From contig NC_010163.1 of assembly GCF_000018785.1 (NCBI RefSeq), positions 1,260,001 to 1,292,000 of the forward strand: DNA of 32,000 bases, written 5' to 3'. The DNA is from Acholeplasma laidlawii PG-8A (GTDB lineage: Bacteria; Bacillota_I; Bacilli_A; Acholeplasmatales; Acholeplasmataceae). Position numbers and translations under genes: made by a program. The notes below the pieces were generated by a model that was not told where the DNA came from, did no database searches, and saw only the letters and a list, made by a program, of their open reading frames with translations. Positions 9,608 to 18,820 of this stretch are shown here, piece after piece (position 1 is the first letter of the stretch; every line of letters begins with the position of its first letter).

Positions 9608-10920
9608 TATTCTTCAACTCCTCTCAAGGATGGGTTAAACGCGTCACGTAAACCATTACCAAATAAGTTAAATGCTAAGATCATAAATGAAATAACTAAT
9701 GATGGGAAGATAACTAAATGGAATGCTGACATCATACGTGATTGACCATCTGATAATAATGCACCAAAGCTTTGAGCATTACTATAGTTAATAATACCAA
9801 GGTATGCAAATGTTGATTCTGATGTAATTACACCTGGAATATATAATACTAAAGATGTGATTAAAGTACCAACAGTACTCGGGAAAATATGTTTTGCCAT
9901 AATACGAATATCACTAGCACCTAATGTTCTAGCTGCAAGTACGTACTCGCGGTTTTTATATCTGTAAAATTGTGCACGGGTTAGTGCGGATATACCTAGC
10001 CATCCAGTTAATGTGAATGCTATGATAACAATCCATGTCGTATTACCATATCTTAATAGTAATAGTGTTAAGATAGCCATGAACGGTAATCCTGAAAGTA
10101 TTTCAGAAATACGTTCAATAACTAAGTCTAATGTACCACCATAATAACCGGATATAGAACCCACAATAATACCTACAATAATATTAATTGCAGCAACCAT
10201 AAATGCGATGATTAAAGAAACACTTAAACCATCCCACATTAATGTGAATAAGTCATCACCAGCAATTGTAGAACCAAACCAGAAATCTTGATTTGAATGA
10301 CCATAAACAACTTCTAAGAATTTAAAGAAATGAATTTGTACTTTATAAGTACCGTTTACCTCAGGTGCATCAGTGATAATGATTTTGTCACCTGGATTTT
10401 CATTTTCATATGCTTTAATTAGGTTATATTCTTTAATTGATAAAGAAAATACACTCTCATAGCTGTTTATATAATCTACATATTTGTAATAATCAACTTT
10501 TACTTTAACCATTCCAGCTGCATTAGGTTGACTAAAATCTCCAATAATAATACCTTCAGCATTTGGGTCAGTTAATAAGATAGAAAAGCGTGCCGGAAAT
10601 CCTTCGAGAGTCTTGTGACCGCTAAAACCAAACCACTCTAAACCAGAAATCCTTGGTGGCATTTCTTTTAATCTATCTGTCCATTTTCTACTTTCTGAAT
10701 TAGATGTAAGATCATAGTTTCTAAGGTGTGGACCAACAACTGACATTAATATAATAATAATTAATATAATGAACGCAATTAAAGAAGCCTTATTTTTCTT
10801 AAAGCGACTCCAAGCGTCTTGATAGTAACCAACGGCTTTTGTCTTTAATTGTTCATCATAAATAACGCCTTTATCTTGAGTAAATACAAATTTACTTTTG
10901 TCTACATTTATATTGTTCAT
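9607..10920 (-). CDS. oppC: Oligopeptide ABC transporter permease OppC
   Basis: BPD-type permease: FGSTIAGDDLF, EAA-type region AARTLGASDIRIMAKHIFPS; enlarged loop after TM1. Confidence 0.92.
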   Translation of the reverse strand: MNNINVDKSKFVFTQDKGVIYDEQLKTKAVGYYQDAWSRFKKNKASLIAFIILIIIILMSVVGPHLRNYDLTSNSESRKWTDRLKEMPPRISGLEWFGFSGHKTLEGFPARFSILLTDPNAEGIIIGDFSQPNAAGMVKVKVDYYKYVDYINSYESVFSLSIKEYNLIKAYENENPGDKIIITDAPEVNGTYKVQIHFFKFLEVVYGHSNQDFWFGSTIAGDDLFTLMWDGLSVSLIIAFMVAAINIIVGIIVGSISGYYGGTLDLVIERISEILSGLPFMAILTLLLLRYGNTTWIVIIAFTLTGWLGISALTRAQFYRYKNREYVLAARTLGASDIRIMAKHIFPSTVGTLITSLVLYIPGVITSESTFAYLGIINYSNAQSFGALLSDGQSRMMSAFHLVIFPSLVISFMILAFNLFGNGLRDAFNPSLRGVEE

Positions 10921-11876
10921 CGTTTTCCAGCTCCCACTCTAATTCTTGGATCAATAATTCCATATGAAATATCAACGATTAAACCTGCAAATAAACCAAT
11001 GACAGTGTAAAACATTAGATAGCCCATGATTAATGGATAATCTCTGTTATTGAACGCTTCGATGTAAATACCACCAACCCCTTCAACTCTAAAGATTCTT
11101 TCAATTATTAGTGATCCAGATAAGATAGATACAAATCCACCAAGTAATGATGGTGCAATTGGAACTAATGCATTTCTTAGCGCATGTCTTACTGTTGCTT
11201 GCTTTTTATTTAAGCCTTTTGTTCTACTTAATAACATAAATTCTGATGTTAGTACTTCTGTTAATTCTGCTCTAGTTAATCTTGTTAAACCAGCTACAGA
11301 ACCAATAGTCATTACAATAACAGGCATTGCATAAGAAGCAAGACCTCTAGCTATATTCTCTGCAAAATCTATGTTAGCTAAAACAAAAGGTGTGTCTAAC
11401 CATTTTAATTGGTAGACTACAAAATATTGTAGTAATGTTGCTACAACAAAGGTTGGTACGGAAATAAAAATAACAACACCGATTGAAATTAAGTGGTCGG
11501 TTAATTTATTCTTTTTAAGTGCGGCCCAAATCCCTAATCCTATACCAATTGGAATTGATAATAAATAGGGAACAATATTTAATCTAAGTGATATTGGAAT
11601 TCTATCAGCTAAAATAGCAGTTACGTCTCTTGCTCTATTTAGCGATCTTCCAAGACTACCTGTTGTAAAAATATTTTTTACCCAAATCCCAAATTGTTCT
11701 AAGATTGGCTTATTATATCCCTCTATTTCCTCAAGTATTTTTCGTATCTCTGGGTCTACTCCAAGAACAGCAGCATGATAATTTGGCAACATTTTAATAA
11801 ATACGAATACTAAAAAAATGATGATTGATGCTGTTATGAAAATGAGGAAAACCCTTTTTAAGATATAATTTCTCAT
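10917..11876 (-). CDS. oppB: Oligopeptide ABC transporter permease OppB
   Basis: BPD-type permease: RTKGLNKKQATVRHALRNALVPI EAA loop; start at 11876 (MRNYILKR) with GGAG upstream; ORF track begins at 11891. Confidence 0.92.
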   Translation of the reverse strand: MRNYILKRVFLIFITASIIIFLVFVFIKMLPNYHAAVLGVDPEIRKILEEIEGYNKPILEQFGIWVKNIFTTGSLGRSLNRARDVTAILADRIPISLRLNIVPYLLSIPIGIGLGIWAALKKNKLTDHLISIGVVIFISVPTFVVATLLQYFVVYQLKWLDTPFVLANIDFAENIARGLASYAMPVIVMTIGSVAGLTRLTRAELTEVLTSEFMLLSRTKGLNKKQATVRHALRNALVPIAPSLLGGFVSILSGSLIIERIFRVEGVGGIYIEAFNNRDYPLIMGYLMFYTVIGLFAGLIVDISYGIIDPRIRVGAGKR

Positions 11877-11892
11877 AATTTCTCCATTCATA

Positions 11893-11938
11893 CGACATAA
11901 GAACCCTAATGTTTTATATCATCAGGGTCTTACTGTCG
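11893..11938 (-). other. Stem-loop in the oppA-oppB intergenic region
   Basis: cgaca-taaga(a)ccct / agggtctta-(c)-tgtcg pairs over about 14 bp with two single-nt bulges; no downstream T-tract on the minus strand. Confidence 0.65.
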
Positions 11939-11990
11939 AAATAAGTTTTACTTATTATACTATGTGTTTAGTTAAAATACAATACTTTTT

Positions 11991-14372
11991 TTAGTCAAGG
12001 TACATGTATTTTAGACCACCCCAACCCATCCATGCATGGTATTCGGTAGCTTCAAATTTGACTCTTGAACTATAAACTGTAGCTGAAACTGATGTAAATA
12101 ATGGGATTGCGATCATTTCGTCTAATAATGCCGCTTCAAATGCTGCTGTAATTCTATCAAAGTCATCGTTACGACCTGCATAGTTTACATCACTTACGTT
12201 ATAGAATGTAGATGCAGCCGCTTTGTAGACATTATCTAATGTGTCAGAATATGTGTTTGAATCACCAAACTTAGCTAAAGCTGCTGTCCATCTTCCATAT
12301 GCTGCTAATTGTGCTTCTGATGCTGTTTCTTCATTAAATTCAGCAACCCATTTTTGTAGAGCAGCTTTTGTATGTGGTAATTCGATACTTAATTGAATAT
12401 TACCAGTATCAAAACCATTTTCTAACATGTTAGCAGCACCACTAATTGAGTTATAAACTTGACCCATTAAGGAAACTGGATTGAAGTTTAGACCTTGCCA
12501 TCCACCAAATGTCATGTCGAAGTCAAAGTTATCCCAAGCAGCGTCTAATGCATCAGATGATACACCATTTAATTTAAGTTCGAATTTATCACCAAAGATA
12601 GTTTCAACTGTTTGTTTTACCCAGTTAGCAACAGTATCGTTAGTTTCGACTTTGTAATATGTATATTCTACAGTTACTTTGTCACCGTCTGCAATATTGC
12701 CATCAGCTACTGATTTAGCATAAGCTGCATCAAATAGTTGTTTAGCTTTAGTTGGGTTAAATCCAGTTGTTTCTGGTGATAATGGAGCAAATACTGCTTT
12801 ACCTGCGTCTGATCCACGGTATGATACGGAACCATATTCAGTTGCTATATAGACTGGTCCGATGAATCCTTGGTTAGCGTAAGCCGGAGCTCTAACTTCA
12901 GATGCAAACTCTTCACGGTCAATTGCATAGTAGAATGCTTGTCTAAATTCTTTATATGTTAAAATTGGATTAGTTGTTCCATCAGGTCTTTCATCAATAT
13001 TAAATGCAAATCTGAAGAATGTTGTTGCTGGAGTTAATTTTAATGTTGGTGAGTCTTTGAATTCTTTGAAGTATTCACCGCTTGCACCAACGATATCTAA
13101 ACGCCCTGCTTTAAATTCGTTAACTGCAATACTTTGGTCAGCAATAACATCATATCTAATTCTCTTAATTCTATATTCTTCAGCAGCATAGTGATCATCA
13201 TTTCTTTCGTATAAGTATAATACACCATCTTGCCATTCAATTAAGTTATAAGCACCGTAAGATACTAATGGGTTGTCAATTGTACCGTAAGTTGTAGTAC
13301 GTTTGTCAGCTGATTTACCAGCTTCGTATTTAGCTTCGTGAACAACACCTGTAATACCACTCATTAATTGACCTTTAACGTACCAAGCGTCTTTAGGTTC
13401 TGTTAATGTGATTTGGAATTTGTGTGTTCCTGTAACTTTGAAACCAACATTTGCCCAAGCTACAGGATCGTTAGGGATTTTTGTTCCGCCAACTGGATCG
13501 CCATTTTCAGCAACCGGTACAACAGCACCGTCTTCAAATCTTAATTGTGGTCTACCAGATACATAACCTTCTTGAGCTGATTCTGCATCAAATGCAGGGT
13601 TTGCATCACCGTTAGGTAATTTTGATAGATTTCCAGCTGCGTCTTCAGCTAATAATGAACCATCTTCTAATGTAAGTGCCCAGTTAGAATAGTTTCTTGG
13701 GAAATATGATGCATAACTTGCACCATAGAATTCAACAAAGTAACCTTCTACTGTAGCGAAGTAGTAGTCATAACCACCAACTTCGTGTGAATAAGCGTTA
13801 GCAATGGACACTTCTTTTCCATCTACTAACCAAACAAATTCACCGAAACTATCAGATTTTGGACTCTTTTGTTTTGTGTAAGCCTCTGCGTTTACTAACG
13901 GTAAGTTAGATGCATCGTAAAGGTTACTTGCTCTTACGTTTAATTGATCAGGATCTAATAATTGTCTCCATGAGTAATCAAATGTATTTGCGTTGATTGG
14001 AGTACCATCTTGGAACTTCAGGTCAGTTCTAAGTGTGATTTCCCAAACAGTACCGTCTCCATTAACGTCTACTGGTTCCCCAGCTGCCATTCTTGGAACA
14101 CGTGCATATGGTAATGATGCTGCATTTGTGAAGTCACCTACTTTTGTAGCTGTTCCTTCAGCAATTGCTTTATCCCAATCGTAGTCTCCTGTATATAGTG
14201 AATCTGTAACATAATCGAATAATTCACTAGCAGTTGCTAAACTTTCAGAATATGGGTTTAGTTTAGCTGTTCCGCTGGTGTAAGTACGATATGTATTATT
14301 ATCTTTTGGAGTACATGCGACTAAAACTAATGCGCTTAGTAACACTAAAAGTGTAAATAATATTTTTTTCAT
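11991..14372 (-). CDS. oppA: Oligopeptide-binding lipoprotein OppA (SBP_bac_5 family)
   Basis: MKKILFTLLVLLSALVLVAC lipobox; SBP_bac_5 features (WEITLRTDLKFQDGTPINANTFDYSWRQLL, YKEFRQAFYYAIDREEF); first gene of the opp operon. Confidence 0.9.
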   Translation of the reverse strand: MKKILFTLLVLLSALVLVACTPKDNNTYRTYTSGTAKLNPYSESLATASELFDYVTDSLYTGDYDWDKAIAEGTATKVGDFTNAASLPYARVPRMAAGEPVDVNGDGTVWEITLRTDLKFQDGTPINANTFDYSWRQLLDPDQLNVRASNLYDASNLPLVNAEAYTKQKSPKSDSFGEFVWLVDGKEVSIANAYSHEVGGYDYYFATVEGYFVEFYGASYASYFPRNYSNWALTLEDGSLLAEDAAGNLSKLPNGDANPAFDAESAQEGYVSGRPQLRFEDGAVVPVAENGDPVGGTKIPNDPVAWANVGFKVTGTHKFQITLTEPKDAWYVKGQLMSGITGVVHEAKYEAGKSADKRTTTYGTIDNPLVSYGAYNLIEWQDGVLYLYERNDDHYAAEEYRIKRIRYDVIADQSIAVNEFKAGRLDIVGASGEYFKEFKDSPTLKLTPATTFFRFAFNIDERPDGTTNPILTYKEFRQAFYYAIDREEFASEVRAPAYANQGFIGPVYIATEYGSVSYRGSDAGKAVFAPLSPETTGFNPTKAKQLFDAAYAKSVADGNIADGDKVTVEYTYYKVETNDTVANWVKQTVETIFGDKFELKLNGVSSDALDAAWDNFDFDMTFGGWQGLNFNPVSLMGQVYNSISGAANMLENGFDTGNIQLSIELPHTKAALQKWVAEFNEETASEAQLAAYGRWTAALAKFGDSNTYSDTLDNVYKAAASTFYNVSDVNYAGRNDDFDRITAAFEAALLDEMIAIPLFTSVSATVYSSRVKFEATEYHAWMGWGGLKYMYLD

Positions 14373-14577
14373 TCTCTCTTTTCCTCTCTACCCAATTTAT
14401 GGTATGAAAAGAGTTTACTATAATTGATTTATTTAGTCAACAATAATATTTCAAAAAAACGACAAATGTTGTAATGTAAACGTATTCATAGCGAAAAATT
14501 TTATTTTAACCCTAAAAATCGCCCTTTTATGATATACTTTCACTGTTTCCACTTACAATTTTTTAGGAGTTTTAGCG

Positions 14578-14940
14578 ATGAGAGATAAAAGAAAGATTTT
14601 AAAACTATTAATAATAGATATATTGATTGGTTCCGTAGCTTTTGGTTTGTTTTACTTATATTCACCAGACTGGAAGTACTTCTTTGATTACTTCTATGTT
14701 ACAGCTGCAATACTATTTGCTTTTGGCTGGATGGTATTTATTGCAAACGAGGGTGTCTTTGACTTATTTATTTATGGTGTTCAACAATTCTTCAAAGGTA
14801 TTGTTGGTAAACGTATGAATGTGTCTTATCCAGAATATATTCAAGATCGACAGATTATTGACAGAATGACCTATATCATGTTGTGGGTTACTTCCCTTTT
14901 ATTTGTTCTAACAGGTTTGATTATTCAACTAGCTATATAA
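14578..14940 (+). CDS. DUF3899-like small membrane protein
   Basis: Three hydrophobic helices; FYVTAAILFAFGWMVFIANEGVFDLFIYGVQQF resembles the DUF3899 pattern; family call is from memory. Confidence 0.65.
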   Translation: MRDKRKILKLLIIDILIGSVAFGLFYLYSPDWKYFFDYFYVTAAILFAFGWMVFIANEGVFDLFIYGVQQFFKGIVGKRMNVSYPEYIQDRQIIDRMTYIMLWVTSLLFVLTGLIIQLAI

Positions 14941-14951
14941 TATATATAAGG

Positions 14952-14985
14952 AAACAGGGCGTACCGATTAAGGTATGCCCTGTTT
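14952..14985. terminator. Strong bidirectional terminator between convergent genes
   Basis: 14 bp stem aaacagggcgtacc / ggtatgccctgttt (one G-T) with 6-nt loop gattaa, followed by TTTTTATTATT. Confidence 0.9.
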
Positions 14986-14988
14986 TTA

Positions 14989-17583
14989 TTATTCACCGTA
15001 ATATGTGGTTAATATATCTAATAATACAGTTTCATTATAGATGTTTCCAATTGGAATTGGATGTGTTGGTTCAATACCAAATTCATTTGGATGATAAACA
15101 TACGGATCTGCTTCTGTACCAGTACCAGTTCTATACGCACTCATATTATTAGATGAGGTTGTAAATGCTGTACCATTAGGTAATAGAATTGGTGTAATAC
15201 TTGATGTACCACCACCGGATGTTAATCCAATAATTGGACCTAAATTGTTTTCTTTAAAGATAGTAGTTAAACTGTTAGCCGCTGAAAAGGATGTTGGTGT
15301 TGTTAGTAGTCCCCAGTTTAAGTGATCATATGTTGGAACACCTTCAATTTTTACATATGAAGTTGAGTTAGACTTCGTATCTGCACTGATACTTGATACT
15401 GCAAAACTATTTTGTGTGATAAAGCCTATAACTCTATATAGTGCACCTACGTTACCACCTGTATTCCAAGTGATATCTAAAATCATGTTTTTTAAGTTAG
15501 TTGTTTGACTTAAGATGATATCCATGTAAAACTCCATAAATACTGCACTATCAGATTTAATTAGTGAATCTGAACTATTAACAAACTCAGGAACAACTGA
15601 TTTTGTCATGTCAAACACGGATAATCCAACGATGAGTGACTTATAGGTATCATCATAAGAAGTTGAAGCATAATATTTTAAACCATCTACTTCTTTAGTA
15701 AATGTTAAGTTATTAGCTGATGCTGTAAACCCTAAACTAACAAGTGAAGCATTATAAGTTTGTAAATCTGTTCTAGTTAATCCTTTAATTAGTATTTCCA
15801 CTACATTATTATCGTGATTTGATTGGTTATAGTAGAAATACTTACTTCCACCGTTCATTGCAGGGAATATATGACTTTCCACTTTCAAGATATCTAATAC
15901 AGTTTGATTATTATAAGCTGTATCTTCAATAATATCTGCAGTAGAAAAACCATCTAAAGATAATACTGCAGATGTTTTAGCTTCATCTAAGAACCAGTAA
16001 AGTTTTCTATCTCTACCTGATGCATTCCATCCACTTGCTGCCTCGCCCCATTTTTTACCTATTTGAGCATCGGTTGCTACCATACCATCTAAATACCATT
16101 TCTTAAATCTATCACCAAAGTCATTTAAACTTGTAACAGAAGGTCCGGTATAAGTTGCACGGTTAAAATATCCTGGATAACCATAGGAAGTATGCGGCTC
16201 ATCCACCACAAACGTTAAGAATTCATGGATAGATAAGTCAAGTCTTAATGCATTTCTTGTTAAGAATGAATCGCGTTTTTCAAATAATAGATCATAATAA
16301 GTTTCAACTTCACGTAGCTCTTTTAGACCATAGAAATAATCCATAGAAAATGCTAAGAAGTTAAATGTATGGATTGTAAGATCTGTTGGCAATGCTGTAT
16401 TATTTTTAGTTGATGTTCTAATGGTTTCGTATGCATCTTCACCTTCACTTGGAAGTGAGTATACACCAAATAATCCATCATAGTTGTAGTACACATTATA
16501 ATAACTAGATCCTGCAAAGAGTTGATTTGCCATGTAATATGGTAAAACAACATCCCCTTCAAATAAAACAATATCCATGTTATATTTACTTAAATCATAA
16601 ACAACATCTACGCCTTCTGTATAATGAGCATTTGGATTTTCTCTATCATAAGTAATATGACGACCATAGTTTGTTGCTGTTGAATACACATAGCCCCAAT
16701 AAAAACCAGGGTCTGGTGCTACCAATGTATTGGTTACAGTATCAATTGTGACATTAAGGTCATACGTTTTATCTTCATCTTCATCATAATAATCATATTG
16801 AATATAAAGTGATGTGTCATTTGTTTCATATGTTATATCAAGTGCTGGATCAATAAATCCAGTTAATAACTTCATGAAATCTTCAACACGAACATAAGGC
16901 ACACTACCACCTTTTTCATATAGAAGTTCAATCTCACCATCTGAAACATCATATTCTTCTGTTAGATTTTTAAACGGCACTGTACGTCTATCTTCTAATT
17001 CAACATCTTTATTTTGATATAAGTCCACATCAAACTCATGATTAATTGTCACGCCGTTTAAAACAAACTTACCTGTAATCAATGTTGTATCTTCTGACTC
17101 ACCGTCTAATAACGGTAAGATAATACCTGTATTTGAAACATATTTGTTTGCTGATGACCAGGAAATCACTGAATTATTAATTGGCCCCTTACTAAGTAAA
17201 CTTAAGTCATAATATGTTTTGTATAATTGTTCACCTACTGCATCTATATCTTCATTAATCATGGCAGTGATTGTAGCAATATCAGTTGGATTTGCTTCAT
17301 CATCCCAAGATGCATTTAAAGTGATATTAGACGTAATTGGTGTGTCAAATGAAAATGCAACATTTTCATTTGTTGTGTACCAGTATCTAAATACAAATCC
17401 CTCTTTATTTGGATCAGCTGGTGCTTCAATTAAACCATTCTTATCCACTTTGATTGGTTCAACAGGTGAACCACCCTTCGTATCAAAAGTTACTGTTAAC
17501 TTTCCATCTGAGTTATTCGGTGTACAGGCTACAACAAATAACAATAAAAAGACAGCAACTATGAGTGTAGTTATTTTCTTCAT
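14989..17583 (-). CDS. Large lipoprotein with InlB B-repeat-like region and peptidase S41-like C-terminal domain
   Basis: Start at 17583 (MKKITTLIVAVFLLLFVVAC) with AGAGG RBS; VTFDTKGGSPVEP...GFVFRYWYTTNENVAFSFDTPITSNITLNASW repeat; S41-like motifs DEPHTSY, LDITWNTGGNVG and TSFSAANSL. Confidence 0.75.
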   Translation of the reverse strand: MKKITTLIVAVFLLLFVVACTPNNSDGKLTVTFDTKGGSPVEPIKVDKNGLIEAPADPNKEGFVFRYWYTTNENVAFSFDTPITSNITLNASWDDEANPTDIATITAMINEDIDAVGEQLYKTYYDLSLLSKGPINNSVISWSSANKYVSNTGIILPLLDGESEDTTLITGKFVLNGVTINHEFDVDLYQNKDVELEDRRTVPFKNLTEEYDVSDGEIELLYEKGGSVPYVRVEDFMKLLTGFIDPALDITYETNDTSLYIQYDYYDEDEDKTYDLNVTIDTVTNTLVAPDPGFYWGYVYSTATNYGRHITYDRENPNAHYTEGVDVVYDLSKYNMDIVLFEGDVVLPYYMANQLFAGSSYYNVYYNYDGLFGVYSLPSEGEDAYETIRTSTKNNTALPTDLTIHTFNFLAFSMDYFYGLKELREVETYYDLLFEKRDSFLTRNALRLDLSIHEFLTFVVDEPHTSYGYPGYFNRATYTGPSVTSLNDFGDRFKKWYLDGMVATDAQIGKKWGEAASGWNASGRDRKLYWFLDEAKTSAVLSLDGFSTADIIEDTAYNNQTVLDILKVESHIFPAMNGGSKYFYYNQSNHDNNVVEILIKGLTRTDLQTYNASLVSLGFTASANNLTFTKEVDGLKYYASTSYDDTYKSLIVGLSVFDMTKSVVPEFVNSSDSLIKSDSAVFMEFYMDIILSQTTNLKNMILDITWNTGGNVGALYRVIGFITQNSFAVSSISADTKSNSTSYVKIEGVPTYDHLNWGLLTTPTSFSAANSLTTIFKENNLGPIIGLTSGGGTSSITPILLPNGTAFTTSSNNMSAYRTGTGTEADPYVYHPNEFGIEPTHPIPIGNIYNETVLLDILTTYYGE

Positions 17584-17681
17584 TCTTTTACCTCTCTTAT
17601 AAAATTGTAAATATGATATCACATTTTTTCAAAATCTATATACAAAATGTTTATAACAGTGTTTTTGCTGGTCTATATTAA

Positions 17682-17710
17682 TTGACAATAAACCTAACAG
17701 TGGTTACAAT
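17682..17710 (+). promoter_or_regulatory. Sigma-A type promoter for the tetR-family gene
   Basis: TTGACA (17682-17687), 17 nt spacer, TACAAT (17705-17710); GGGAGGGG RBS before the ATG at 17742. Confidence 0.8.
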
Positions 17711-17741
17711 AAAGGTATAACAACGTTCGTGGGAGGGGACT

Positions 17742-18332
17742 ATGACAACCAAACAAAAGATTTATGAAAACGACATAGAATTATTTGCTTTAAACGGATA
17801 CCATAACTTAGGTATGAGAGATCTTGCTAAAAGTGTCGGTATTAGGGCATCTTCTATTTATAACCACTATAAATCCAAAGAAGATATATTAATTGAAATA
17901 GCTCATGAACTTATGACTGAGTTATCAACATATGTCTATCCTCTATATAAGAGAATGGATTTAACACCGAGAGAGTTCTTCCTAAATTTATCTATTGAAA
18001 CAAATAGATTTTTCGAACGTCCACAAATTAATAAGTTAACTAAACTGTTAATTCCACTAGAATTTGAAATACCTAGGTTAAAAGAATTACTACATGTTGA
18101 GTTCATTCAAAAACCTAGAACGGGTTTTAGTTACTACTTCCAAACACTGATGCGTAAAGGTCAAATGATGGAAGCTGATCCAATGCTTGCTGCCAAGATG
18201 TACCATTCATTCTTTGTATATCATTTCTACGAAAAATTCTTAAGCAATGAACCTGATGGTTTTTTAACTAAGTATGAAACATTATTTAGAAATCATATCA
18301 ATTTATTTATGGATTACTTTAAGATACAATAA
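17742..18332 (+). CDS. TetR/AcrR family transcriptional regulator
   Basis: N-terminal HTH: IYENDIELFALNGYHNLGMRDLAKSVGIRASSIYNHYKSKEDILIEIA. Confidence 0.92.
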   Translation: MTTKQKIYENDIELFALNGYHNLGMRDLAKSVGIRASSIYNHYKSKEDILIEIAHELMTELSTYVYPLYKRMDLTPREFFLNLSIETNRFFERPQINKLTKLLIPLEFEIPRLKELLHVEFIQKPRTGFSYYFQTLMRKGQMMEADPMLAAKMYHSFFVYHFYEKFLSNEPDGFLTKYETLFRNHINLFMDYFKIQ

Positions 18333-18362
18333 ACACCAAGGCATGCGCATGTCTTGGTGTTT
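18331..18362 (+). terminator. Rho-independent terminator after the tetR-family gene
   Basis: aaacaccaaggcat / atgtcttggtgttt stem (one G-T pair), GCGC loop, followed by T-rich sequence. Confidence 0.88.
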
Positions 18363-18400
18363 TCTTAATATTTTTGAACTATAGATTTGGGGGAAATCTT

Positions 18401-18775
18401 ATGAATCAAAAACAAATATACTTTATTACAACTGTCTTATCTGTTGTATCCTTATGTCTTTATCTTTTTGCTTTTACTACTTTTGTTATTACAACTACTA
18501 ACTTTAAAGGTATAGAACACTTCATCTACTGGTTAGTCATTCAAGTAACCATCACCTCTGTAAGTTTATATCAATATAAATTAGCAGTTTATGCCAAACC
18601 AACCGCATTTAAAATGTCACTACTTTACTTTTTACCCATCATCATCTATTCTATTTTTCAGGCATTAAATTTAGGGAGTGCAGATATAGATATGGTCTAT
18701 ATCATTATATACACAATCTTATTTTCTTTAATTAGTGTCCTATATTTATATGGTTTTATTAAATATAGACGTTAA
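18401..18775 (+). CDS. Small four-helix membrane protein, function unknown
   Basis: ATG at 18401 preceded by GGGGGAAA; the track start at 18374 is an upstream TTG. Hydrophobic helices throughout. Confidence 0.75.
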   Translation: MNQKQIYFITTVLSVVSLCLYLFAFTTFVITTTNFKGIEHFIYWLVIQVTITSVSLYQYKLAVYAKPTAFKMSLLYFLPIIIYSIFQALNLGSADIDMVYIIIYTILFSLISVLYLYGFIKYRR

Positions 18776-18786
18776 TATAAAAATAT

Positions 18787-18815
18787 AGACGTTATTCAAT
18801 GGATGAATAACGTCT
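18787..18815. terminator. Terminator hairpin between convergent genes
   Basis: agacgttattca / tgaataacgtct perfect 12 bp stem followed by TTTTTT on the plus strand. Confidence 0.88.
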
Positions 18816-18820
18816 TTTTT

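Noticed and set aside
14411-14440. Possible oppA promoter (minus TTGACT with TATAGT)
   Set aside because: The spacing between the two best hexamers is only 14 nt, while proper spacing gives the weak TAAACT. Too ambiguous to list as a feature.
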